Part shown: positions 41,805-52,990 of the stretch, one piece after another
Layout: every line of letters begins with the position of its first letter
Position numbering within the stretch: the first letter of the stretch is position 1
Assembly: GCA_001600815.1 (NCBI GenBank)
Contig: BCKZ01000015.1
Coordinates: forward strand, 62,001 to 126,000
Reading direction: 5' to 3'
Length of the DNA stretch: 64,000 nt
From: Alloascoidea hylecoeti
Taxonomy: Eukaryota
The notes under the pieces: generated by a model
What the model was told of the DNA's origin: nothing
The model's database searches: none
The model's input: the letters and a program-made list of their open reading frames with translations, nothing else
Position numbers and translations under genes: made by a program

Positions 41805-43427
41805 ATGGTTACACCAAAGAACTTAAACTCTCCACGAGAAATTAGCATTAAGAGTGCGATAGCAGAACTTGAAAAAGGTTTACATGCCAATATTAAAGAT
41901 GCTGCCAGAGCTCATGGAATTCCATATACGACATTATATTTTAGAGTGAAAGGTCGCAAAACAAAAGAACCCAATCATTCTCATCATCAGGAAGAATTAT
42001 TATCACACTCAGAAGAAGTTCTTTTGGTTCGGTATGTTTCGACGTTATCCTCTGGTGGTTATCCATGCACTTTTAGACATCTTTATGAATTAGTAAAGGA
42101 AATTATTGGGAAACGGATAGTAAAAGATGGTTCTTATATGATATCTCCAACCATGTCACAACTTTCAAGTCCTAGAAATTCATATGGAGGCAATGGAGCA
42201 CTTCCACCTACTTACTCGAATGGTTATGGTAATGGGTATAACGTTGCTACTAATGAATATTCTAACAATTATTCCAATAATTATGACTTGGCAGGAGGTT
42301 ACCCGAATTATAATGGAAATAATCAATTCTATTCGAATCCTACAACACTTCCGACTACCAACGGAAGAGCCAATGGTTATGGTTTAGCACCTGCTTTTGA
42401 TGATTTACATATGCATTCTCAACCTCAGGGAAATGTCCTAACAAATGAACTGAGTACTACTTTTTCTGATCCTAATTTAGTACATGTTCATTCACCAAAT
42501 AATTTGAACAATTATAGGATAGTTGATATTAATGACAATGGTCATATTATAAACCATGGCTCAAAAGGCTCATTATTCGAAAAGACTGGACCTACAACTA
42601 TGCCTGATTATAAAACATGTAAAGCATGGCTACAGCGATTCTTGAAAAGACACCCAGAGCTCCCATCAGATTTATGTCAACCAATCGATAAGAATAAAAC
42701 TGGTGCCTATCTAGATACTGCTTTGAAAAGATGGTTCAAAGGGTATGAGAATCTTGTTACCAGATACCAAATAACCCAGGATAATGTTTATAATGTTGAT
42801 GAAACTGGTTTCATATTAGGAGAAACACAAAGACGATGGGCTATTATTGATAGTACGGTAAAAGTTAAACATCACAGAGAGGATATAATTACTGAATTAG
42901 AATGTGTCTGTGGTGATAAAACATTTTTAAACCCTTATATTGTATTCAAAGGTCGATGCATTGATAGGAATTGGTTCCCTTATGATACTGATGAAAGTTG
43001 GCAATTTATCTGTAGTGAGTCTGGCTGGACAAGTAGTCATATATTATATGATTGGTTAGTTAATTCATTTGATAGATCAACAAGAATCAAAGCTGGACAT
43101 AAAACAAGATTATTAATATTTAATGGCCATCCTACTCATATAACAGGCAATTTCTTGGATTTTTGTACCTCACATAATATCGAATTATTAATACTACCAC
43201 CAAGTACATCACAGATTCTACAACCACTGGATCTAACGATATTTGGACCCTTAAAATATAGAATGGCTTATGAAATGGATGAGTTATTGGCACTAGGAAT
43301 ACCCAGGGTTTTGAAACAAGAATGGATAGGTTGTTTAAAGAAAGCAAGAAACTTTGCATTAACGAGAGAAAATATTGAAAACGGTTTCAGAAAAGCAGGT
43401 CTCATACCATTCGCACCGTTCTACTAA
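41805..43427 (+). CDS. pogo/Fot1 transposase-derived protein (psq/CENP-B-type HTH + DDE_1-like domain), probably domesticated
   Basis: IKDAARAHGIPYTTLYFRVKG, LSHSEEVLLVRY, WLQRFLKRHPEL, YNVDETG (D332), SESGWT, LLIFNGHPTH (N440), LQPLDLTIFGPLK (D476), NIENGFRKAGLIPF. Intact 540-aa ORF. Confidence 0.85.
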   Translation: MVTPKNLNSPREISIKSAIAELEKGLHANIKDAARAHGIPYTTLYFRVKGRKTKEPNHSHHQEELLSHSEEVLLVRYVSTLSSGGYPCTFRHLYELVKEIIGKRIVKDGSYMISPTMSQLSSPRNSYGGNGALPPTYSNGYGNGYNVATNEYSNNYSNNYDLAGGYPNYNGNNQFYSNPTTLPTTNGRANGYGLAPAFDDLHMHSQPQGNVLTNELSTTFSDPNLVHVHSPNNLNNYRIVDINDNGHIINHGSKGSLFEKTGPTTMPDYKTCKAWLQRFLKRHPELPSDLCQPIDKNKTGAYLDTALKRWFKGYENLVTRYQITQDNVYNVDETGFILGETQRRWAIIDSTVKVKHHREDIITELECVCGDKTFLNPYIVFKGRCIDRNWFPYDTDESWQFICSESGWTSSHILYDWLVNSFDRSTRIKAGHKTRLLIFNGHPTHITGNFLDFCTSHNIELLILPPSTSQILQPLDLTIFGPLKYRMAYEMDELLALGIPRVLKQEWIGCLKKARNFALTRENIENGFRKAGLIPFAPFY

Positions 43428-44390
43428 GTGGTTTAGTAAATATCTTATTTAATATTATTATGAGTGTTATGCATTATATTTATGATTATAAAATGCTATT
43501 TATATCCGTTTCAACAGATTATAGATACATGTAGTAATAAGCTTAAGGTTTGGAATTGTCAATTTAATTTTTGAAAAAAAACTACTGTTTTAATAATGTT
43601 ATCAGAAACTCGATGTACCTATTTCGCGGTGTTTTTATTATAATATATATTAAAGTTTTTATCCGTTTTTTGTTTTCTCATTTTACCATATATGACGACT
43701 TTCTATATTTTAAATACATAACTAGTTCTAAATAAGATATAAATATATTTATTATAATGTTATCTTCAGAATCAAAGGATCTAGATCTAGATAAGTTTAA
43801 AGTGACAACAAATTAAATTACAATTGCATGGTATCGAATCTATCGATATCTTCAAATTAAATTTGAATCAAGAGAAGTTAACGTTAACTGGATCCAAACG
43901 TTGATTATAAAGTTATTCCACTTGATTTTGGCCATGGATTGACAAATTATTCGATCACACCTTGACTATGCATAATAAATCTTAATAGTCAAGGACTCAT
44001 GGCTCCAAACTGACTTCTAATGGTTGACCTTGACCTAGAAAAATAATCAATTTTCAAATATTCAACTACAAATCTACATATGAGGTTATCTATCAAATAT
44101 ATTCAATTAGGATTTAAATAAAGTCCGATAGGTGTCAGGATTTGGATAATAGAATCAGATTATGTGCACGAATTCAGACATACGAAAGTAAAAATTTTAA
44201 TTAAGATTTTAATTACGGTTTAATTACTTGGCTAATGACAAAATACTTTTTTCTTTGCTATTCATTTAAAAACTTTCTATTTAAAATCTTCATACTATAG
44301 GCAATTCTATAGACCGTATATGGGATCGTATAGTGCATGTTTGAAAGATATGAAAAGGTACATTTAAGCGCTGTCAGCAAGCTTATCATA

Positions 44391-45062
44391 CAGTCATTTC
44401 ACTTAATTTTGGCCATCGATGACTAAATATTCGGCCAGATGATATTAAGCCATTCTGAAAGTTTCAGCGACCTTAGTTTTGACCTAATGTGTGATTTTAA
44501 TTCTACTAAAATTTTTTCTCTATAAGATAATTAATAACTGTCTTATTTTGTATCGAGCTTGTACTTCTCCTAAAAATGAAGTAGATCTGTAGAATTTTAG
44601 GCTTCAAAGGTATTTGAGTTGCCTTTTATATAATTATAGAGGAAAGTTTCTACTTTTTCGTAGCTAAAAAAAATAAGTTATAATATATAAGCAGGATATA
44701 AAAATAACATTTAAGTAGAAACAATATAACAAGCAATTTTTACTAAATTCATAGTACATGTATTTCTTGAAAACCGATAGCCTTATCGAGATTTTCACAC
44801 CACCTATATATACCTCTATTCCTCTCAGAACAATATAAGCATGTAAGGCCTATATATATATAAATTGTGATAGATTAGTTTGTGCTTTAGATTCTGAATC
44901 ATACATTATTAATGTAAAGGTAGGAACTTATCGATATGTGTATATAAGGCTTATAAGCCTTACATGGGTTACCAAACATTAGTGAATCAAGTGGCCGATA
45001 ATTTGTACTCAACATGGCGGAACATTCGTCTATCACACGGCCGAAATTAAATGAAACGACTG
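44391..45062. mobile_element. 672-bp non-autonomous pogo-type MITE (TA flanks, CAGT termini)
   Basis: TA|CAGTCATTTCACTTAATTTTGGCC ... GGCCGAAATTAAATGAAACGACTG|TA; 21/24 inverted match; subterminal TTCGGCCA-type repeats at both ends; no ORF. Confidence 0.8.
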
Positions 45063-46329
45063 TATGTATACCAAGTCACTGAATATGAACAGCTATTTAT
45101 TCTTGGGACCTTTGTTAGCCTCTAGGATATTGTATGCAGCCATACATATTACGACATGAGTTAATATCTGTATAAGGTAATTATGCACTGATTCTACGCA
45201 TACGGACTCTATTTCTTAACTATTTTAATGGGCGCGAAATCTGGATGTCTACATGGTTAACAAAAAAGATGAAACACTTGACAAAAAACTGGAAAAATTA
45301 ATTTGAAAGGAATAGATTCGCATCTGCCAATTATCTGCCTTCTGGCGTCCTTGATATATAAATGAAGTAATTTTAGTGTTGTGGTCATATTTTGAGCGAG
45401 AGGTGATAACTTTGGTTTTTCTTAAAGTTGTTCATTTTCAGTGATGCGCATTGCGCACCATATGTAGCAACAGCACTTGCGCATATCTACAATATTACCA
45501 CGTATCTTTACTGATTATAATGCGTAAAATTTCCTTTAACAATATTAATAACGATCAAGTAAAAATTTTGAATAAACTACAAAGCGCTAATTAAGATTTT
45601 TGGGAAGGGGCAATACACATAATTGAAGCTTAAAATATCTTAGATCCACAATTTTAACTATTGACAAAATTAGAAAACAAAATCGTGATATCATTATTTT
45701 TGTTTAATACTGTATAAGGATGTGCATCAATGGTACGTTACTTGGCAATGATGCATTTCTTGGCCATTGTATCTTCCTTCGCCAAGGGAGAATCAAAAAT
45801 CAAAAACTCTCTAAAAATTCAAAATGAAAATAAAAAAAATATAAACCTATAAAGAATTATACTTTTATAGATTGTCAACTCGATAGCTAGGTAATACAAG
45901 GAGGGATTGCAATGATTGCCGCAACACCAGCTAAATACCATGATGGAATATTCATTATATTTACAGGTAAATTCCTGATCAGGTTGTGATCTGATAAGTG
46001 AGTAAAGTTCTTCCTACATGCTTACCTCCTCCATAAGTTGCCTCATCTTTTCCCACTGACATCACACCCGGTCTAAATTAACTCCAATTTTTTCTTGTGG
46101 GTGGCTGTAAGTGGTGATTCAACTTCCAGGCTCCTTTTATTCTCATCCAGAATGTTTTTCTTATCCTATAGCTTGTAGAGGAGAACGTACGGCTGTGGTG
46201 GGTATATCAACTAGACGTGATATTTTTCTTATTTAAAGACCAATTTTCTTGCTCTTATATAATTATATATCAAGAAAACCTTTTGGAATCTATGTGATTT
46301 CGACTCCCTTAAGTAAAACTCCCGAGTTG

Positions 46330-47210
46330 CTTCATGGGAAGTAAGAAACCTCAAGAACTTGTGATATCTTCAGAAGAGTTCACAAATATATCATATGCCT
46401 CTTTCAGGTAGGCATATCTATTATATTTATACTTGTATGCGATTCATGACCATCCATCTAAGAAGAGCAGAGCATTTTATCATCTTTTTTTTGGGAAGCA
46501 GTTTTTAATATATTTGGTGGTAATATAACCACTTTGAGAGGAAGTAATGAACCATTTTTTACTTCCCCCCATCTCCAATTTCCCTCTCTGGAGGGATCAA
46601 CCAACTGAGAAACAGAGGGACAATCTACCGGAACCAACACTTTCCTAAACCTGTCAACTTTCCCGAGAATACAACTGATCTTAGTTACATTGTGAATGTT
46701 GCATGACTTTTATTTATATTTGTCCTTTTTAAAGAACATGTACGAATGGAGTACCTGAGACGGCTTACAAACAATCTTATCATGTCTATCTAAGAAGGCC
46801 ATGACCCATTGGTCGCCACATATTATTAATGCTCATTTGTTATTGATATCTGTTTCGAATTGCGTAACATTGAATCAACTCGTGTCTGGATACACTCATC
46901 AACATTCATAGATAATAGAGCGATCTATCTACAGTGCAGCCGCGCTTGGTCACTTCCCGAATATGCTCTAATATCTCATCTTTCCGTAAGAGAAAGAAAG
47001 TTTTTGCTGTGTTCTATTAAACTCCTCGAGGATATTATTTAACCTATTCGTTAGGGAACACTCAGGAACGGTGTCTAATGTAATCCTATACCGGATACCC
47101 TATACTTTAGGGTTCAGCTGCGTCAGGTATTGTCTTTTTGAATTAAGGTTATTTCTAGCAAGGAGGTGGTGAGTAGGTGGTAAATTAAACTTTGCCAATA
47201 GCATCGTCTA
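46330..47210 (-). pseudogene. Decayed pogo/Fot1-family transposase
   Basis: Collinear motifs through stops and frameshifts: VPECSLTNRL..QQKLS (~47070-46995), EILEHIREVTKRG, CGDQWVMAFLDRH (46820-46781), NIHNVTKISCILG, WFITSSQSGYIT, LLFLDG/DGHESH (46470-46437, 4-nt GATG duplication), QVLEVSYFP (46361-46334). Boundaries approximate. Confidence 0.7.
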
Positions 47211-47680
47211 ATATTTAAGCTTTAAATTATGTCAAATCCAAGCCTCAAAGTATTACGGCTCCTATGAAAATGATAATCAGGAGGCGTAACTCTTCAAGAC
47301 GCGTGGACGTGTTACGGTTTAAACCTCCAACAAACCAATTGAGTTGTCAGTGGTGTCGTTCGATGTATATCTAAGCCCACAAAGAAACTTTAGAATTAAT
47401 AAGATTTTGGTTCAGCTCACGTAATTAATTATAGTACAACCCGACACGTGCTTCCACGGCTTATTTCTAAATATAAAATAATTAATTTTTTGTCCGTCCT
47501 TCAATTGCTTGTTTCTTTATAATTTTTACCAGCATTTATCTATTTTACTTCCCTTCTCGTTGCCATAACTCTAATCATCTCCTTTGAGCTTATAATAGTC
47601 TTTTCAGACGGTATTTTATTCTTTTAAATTTTTGTTTTTTACACAAACAGGTGCCCTTTTCGTCAACCGAGAACTGTGAG

Positions 47681-49042
47681 ATGGCGAGGCTTCAAAGATT
47701 AGGAAAGCTACTAACCATATTACTATTAACAATTGTTCTGGGGTTTTTAATATCCAAAACAAGTGTCTTTGGTGAACCCCTTAATAATGTTTATCAGCAA
47801 TTTCAAGGTTCTACGTCTTCAAACACAAATAATCGGGTACATAATGAAAAATCTGAAGCAAATATCGTTCTAGAACAAGGTCGAACTTTGCAAAAGGACA
47901 TCTCTTACGTGAAACAACAGCTTGAAGACTTGCATAGTAACATCTTAGCTTCCAACAGTGAACAGCAAGAAAAATTAGGTAATATAAAAGACGTTCTAGG
48001 TACTCTGAAACAATCTGGCTCCGATGTTTTCCCAATCGAAGGTGCTGTTGGATCCGATTACGAACGTGAGAATGCTACATTTGTTTCGTTGGTACGAAAT
48101 AGTGAATTGTGGGCGATGGTTGATTCTATCCGGCATGTGGAAGATAGATTCAATAGGAAATTTAAATATGACTGGGTGTTCTTAAACGATGAGCCCTTCT
48201 CCGATGAATTCAAAACTGTTACAACTTCGTTGATATCTGGAACAACGAGATATGGTTTAATACCAAAGGAACATTGGGGGTATCCTGATTTTGTTGATCA
48301 AGCACTGGCTGCTGAAAAAAGACAGCAAATGGCAGCTCAAGGTATTATATATGCCGATTCCGAATCTTACAGGCATATGTGCCGATTTGAAAGTGGATTT
48401 TTCTGGAGACATCCCATAATGAATGAATATAAATATTATTGGAGGGTTGAACCTGATATTCGAATCTACTGCGATATAAACTATGATTTATTTAAATATA
48501 TGAGAGCAGAAAATAAAACTTACGGATTTACAATGGCAATGTATGAATATCTTGCAACGATAGAATCATTATGGCCAACAACAATGAAATTCATGGAAGA
48601 AAATCCACAATTTGTTGCCGACGATAATATGGCTCATTTTATAACAGATGAAAATGGAAATTATAACCTTTGTCATTTTTGGTCTAATTTTGAAGTGGCA
48701 GATATGGATTTCTGGCGTGGAGAGGCATACACAAAATACTTTGACTATTTAGATTCTACTGGTGGATTCTTTTATGAGAGATGGGGCGATGCACCAGTGC
48801 ACTCATTGGCTGCTATTTTCTTTTTACCTAGAAGTAAAATACATTGGTTCGGTGATGTTGGTTATTATCATAATCCTTATTCCTCATGTCCAAATACAGA
48901 ATCAGTTAGAATTAAAAACAAATGTGCATGTAATCCTCACAGCGACTTTACATGGCAAGGCTATAGTTGCATGAGTCGATTTTTTGAATCAAATAAGTAT
49001 CCAAGACCCGAAGGATGGGAGATAATCGCGGCTGAACAATAA
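47681..49042 (+). CDS. KRE2/KTR family alpha-1,2-mannosyltransferase (GT15)
   Basis: First ATG 47681, type II anchor, RENATFVSLVRN, SYRHMCRFESGFF, YYWRVEP, YNLCHFWSNFE, ERWGDAPVHS. Paralog (KTR1/KRE2/KTR3) unresolved. Confidence 0.92.
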   Translation: MARLQRLGKLLTILLLTIVLGFLISKTSVFGEPLNNVYQQFQGSTSSNTNNRVHNEKSEANIVLEQGRTLQKDISYVKQQLEDLHSNILASNSEQQEKLGNIKDVLGTLKQSGSDVFPIEGAVGSDYERENATFVSLVRNSELWAMVDSIRHVEDRFNRKFKYDWVFLNDEPFSDEFKTVTTSLISGTTRYGLIPKEHWGYPDFVDQALAAEKRQQMAAQGIIYADSESYRHMCRFESGFFWRHPIMNEYKYYWRVEPDIRIYCDINYDLFKYMRAENKTYGFTMAMYEYLATIESLWPTTMKFMEENPQFVADDNMAHFITDENGNYNLCHFWSNFEVADMDFWRGEAYTKYFDYLDSTGGFFYERWGDAPVHSLAAIFFLPRSKIHWFGDVGYYHNPYSSCPNTESVRIKNKCACNPHSDFTWQGYSCMSRFFESNKYPRPEGWEIIAAEQ

Positions 49043-49586
49043 CCAATCAAAAATAACCGCACATAAAAAATCAAGACCACATATAAATTAAAGGGAAGTA
49101 AATGACGATAGTTTTTTTCTTTTGGAATTATATACTAAAAAGGAACTTTTATCGCCCTAAGAATACATAATTATAAAACGACATATCTTGCATTTTATTC
49201 ACCACTATTATATTCAAATGACTTTCTTTTTAGCCCTTGTTGACTATATTTTTTATGATCTCTTACATAGACTTGATTACAATATTGGTATATTTAATTT
49301 TTGTATGGAACTTTTCTATTATATAAATTTAAACTATTTATTTTATTGTCTTGTGTTTGAAACGTTTATCTCCAATTGGCGTTGCAATTTGGTATTTTAT
49401 CTAGATTCAGGTCTAGTATCAGAAGTTAGAAAGACTTTGTTTCGAATTTACTTATAATTAACAATCTTTAACTGGTATTTATAATTACTATTTTAAGAGA
49501 CCGACATTTGCAATTGCAATATAATATAGACCTATAGATATATTTAATACCAAAATAAATAAAGTATCATTCGATATCAAGATACA

Positions 49587-50339
49587 TCATGGTGCGATTA
49601 TATACACCTCCCATTCCTTGTCTTCGGCCTCTCTTTTAAAAACAACTCTGTCATGTAATCTACTAGATCTGCCTTGCCAAAATTCAATCTCTAAGGGAAC
49701 TACTCTCACACCACCCCAAAAGTCTGGAACAGGAATATCTTCAATACCTTTAAATTTTTCTTCATTCGCTTTATACAATTCATCTAATTCTTCTCTGTTC
49801 TGGATTTTTTGAGATTGTGGGCTTGACCAAGCACCAATACGTGATCCACGAGGTCTAACATTAAAATAAATCTGTGATTGTTCATTTGTTAGACGTTCAG
49901 TAATACCTTCAATTCTCACTTGTCTTTGTAAATCTCTCCAGAAAAATGTAATGGCAGCGTGTGGATTTGATTGAATGTCTTTAGCTTTCTTTGAATCTCT
50001 CCAGTTGGAAAATATAATGAATCCTCTTTTATCAAGTTCTTTGAAAAGAACAGTACGGTTTGATACACGACCCGATGGAAGAGATGCCGTTGCTAGATTT
50101 ACAACATCTGGTTGACGTTCTTTTTCAGCGATTGCTTCATCAAACCAGGTCTTAAATTGAACAATTGGATCCGATTCGACGTCCTTAATATCAAGTGAGG
50201 ATTTAGTATATTGCTCCGTTTTTGGTGCAACTATAAATATATAAAAAGATCAAGTTAGTATTTGATCAAGAGATGTTGCGACAGATGAAAAGTTCATACA
50301 AACTAAAAGATCATTATCTTCTTTTTCAATTTTGCTCAT
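49587..50339 (-). CDS. PDX3: Pyridoxine/pyridoxamine 5'-phosphate oxidase; 2 exons (50339-50300, 50230-49587)
   Basis: Intron 50231-50299 (GTATGA..TACTAAC..TAG) gives LVFAPKTEQYTK..DPIVQFKTWF; RTVLFKE, RPRGSRIGAWSSPQS, IEFWQGRSSRLHDR. Confidence 0.95.
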
Positions 50340-51214
50340 TTTATAAATGAATGATTTTCCTGTTATTGTTTTATGGAAAGATAATCAATTTTTCGGAAGA
50401 GATCTAACTTATAGCTATGACTAACATCAGCTGCCGTCATTCCTAATTGGAAGGTTGAAGAGTCACGAGATTAAAACAACACAGTTAATATTAAATATTA
50501 ATAAAATTTACAAATATCTAGATGGATTATTGGTGGATAAAATTTCAACGAAATACCAAACCTGATAAACAGTCATTACACTTAATTTCGCCCATTGTAG
50601 CAGCTTCGGACTCACCAAAACCAACAGGACTATAGTCTTATCAATGGCAACAAAACTTGAAGCACCACCAAATGTGAATTCCAATACGGATTAAACCCAC
50701 TCAAAAGAAGATAATACATGGTCGAATATCTAGCTTAAAAAGTGACTAATATCAGTTCATCATATTATCGTATTGGTTGGCTTAATATTTAGTGCACAAT
50801 GCTAAGATTACGATTACATTTCATCATAAAATTGACTCAAATTTCAAAGGTAGATCCTATAACTACAAAATAAGAACTTCCTTCCCAACAAAAATGATAA
50901 TGACAGGTTCAGCTATTAGACCGGTTATAATTTGGCATACTACACAGAACAGAATAGAGGTACAATTAAATGATTGACTTATCATGCATTAGTAATTGTA
51001 ACATTAGTAACAAGGTAATTTATAAATACTAAACGACGTTAAGCTTCACGTCATAACGTGTGATAATTGGCAATATCTAATTATTATAAGTCTTAAAACA
51101 CTATAAAACTGTTAATTTCCTCGAAACTTAAATCTTGAAATATCAATCCTAAGTTCAATTCCATTGAAATTTGAAATATTATTCAATTGATCCTGAAAAT
51201 AATCTAGTATAAAA

Positions 51215-51901
51215 ATGGTTTTTGTTGATGAAGGTGATTCTAAAATTGGTCCTCTTGAAGCTCCATATATTAAACTTTACTCACTTCCAACTCTTAACGG
51301 TACAAGAGTATCTGTTGCTTTAGAGCTTCTTGGTATCAAATATATTGCTAGAAAGGTTGATTTTCCAGCAAAAGAACATAAGGAAAATTGGTTCCTTAAA
51401 CTTAATATTGATGGTCGTATTCCTGTATTAACTGATGTTAATGAAAAGGGAGAAATATTTGCATTAAGTGAATCAGGTGCTATTTTAGTCTATCTTGCTG
51501 ATAAGTACGATTCAGAGAATAAAATATCATTTCCAAAGGGATCTAATGACTATTATACATCTTTAAAATGGGTATTTTTCCATTTATCTGGTTTAGCTGT
51601 TGCACAAGGAAATCTTCAAAATTTTAAAAACTCACAAACATCTCATGAAGATGTTATTAATAAGTTTCAAACTGATTTAGAAAGATTTTACTCTACTTTG
51701 AATGAACAATTGGTGAAGAACGGAACAGGATTCATTGTTGGTGATCATATTTCTATTGCAGATATTAGTAATTTACCACATGTTACTAAAGTAACCGAAA
51801 GAGTTGGATTGGATTTATCTAAATATCCTGCTGTTAAATCATGGTATGAAAAACTTACTGCTATTCCAGAAGTTGCCAAAGGTCTTACTATTCCCAATTG
51901 A
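51215..51901 (+). CDS. Glutathione S-transferase, Ure2p-like class
   Basis: PTLNG, WFLKLNIDGRIPVL, LSESGAILVYLADKYD, FIVGDHISIADI, KYPAVKSWY. Confidence 0.9.
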   Translation: MVFVDEGDSKIGPLEAPYIKLYSLPTLNGTRVSVALELLGIKYIARKVDFPAKEHKENWFLKLNIDGRIPVLTDVNEKGEIFALSESGAILVYLADKYDSENKISFPKGSNDYYTSLKWVFFHLSGLAVAQGNLQNFKNSQTSHEDVINKFQTDLERFYSTLNEQLVKNGTGFIVGDHISIADISNLPHVTKVTERVGLDLSKYPAVKSWYEKLTAIPEVAKGLTIPN

Positions 51902-52434
51902 CTATATTATGAGAGTTCAATAAGTATTGCAAGTAGACTATAGTTGGTGCTATAATTATATGTGATAGACCTATAAATATTCCATTATATAATAAATTTT
52001 TACAAATATCAGTATACAGTATCATGTGTAACCTAATAGTCCCACTGTTTCCTTTGCCCTTAATTTAATCGTGAGACCAAGGAGGATGAACAGTGAGCAC
52101 CCGCTACCTTATCATTTTAATAGTTGACAATCTATAAACTATCGGCTAAACGGAAGCGAATTCCATTAGAAGAACCATAATAATATGGCTATTGCGTTAC
52201 TAATATTGCACATCGTTCAGTGAGTAGTTAAAGCAGCCATATACCCCTAGAAATCATAGAAACCATGGAGTCTGTGTGGATTCATCATAATTATATCTAA
52301 ACATAAATAGATTGTTGTTCATAATGTGTGGTTTTGTTTTGATTTGTGTTCAAGCGTATAAAAGAAACACCAATTTTCTGTATTGATCACATACATGTAT
52401 ATTCATATGTACTTCTCTATAAACTCTGATCACA

Positions 52435-52990
52435 ATGGTTACTATTGACAAACATGATCCAAAAGTCCCACCTTTTGAAGCTCCATTTCTTAGACTTGAT
52501 TATCATATCCGTAAAATTATAGGCGCTGATGGTGATATCAAACACAAACAAGTGCACAGAGAAAGACTCAAAATTTAAAAAAAGACGCCATTCTAAACGC
52601 TCAGCTGTTTCCAAAGACATTTACAGAATCTCACATTTCAAGAGGAGCCGAAATCTCAAGCAAGATTCAGAAAATGAAATGGTTTGGCTGCGCCCCAGAT
52701 AGACGGGTGCTACTTCAGAGATGTGCCAGAGCCACACAAAGCACCCCATTCACCGGAAATCATAAAAATGCCTTATATTCTAGAGTTAATTTGGATATGA
52801 GGAATCTATTCTCAACATTGATGAAAATAGTGTCTCCATCTTTAGGACATCTTCCTCCCGGTGAACGACACCAAATGCTTGTAAAATACATGAAAGAAAT
52901 ACTACCAGATTCTTCTGTATCACCTAAGGGTGGATATTACCTTTTAATAAAACTTCAAAAGTCGACGATTCCTCTATATAGACAATAAGT
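52435..52990 (+). pseudogene. Degenerate tandem GST paralog
   Basis: MVTIDKHDPKVPPFEAPFLRL (52435) matches the neighbour's MVFVDEGDSKIGPLEAPYIKL; stop at 52578. Later broken frames read GLAAPQ..YFR, DMRNLFSTL and LVKYMKEI..SPKG in GST order. Confidence 0.55.
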
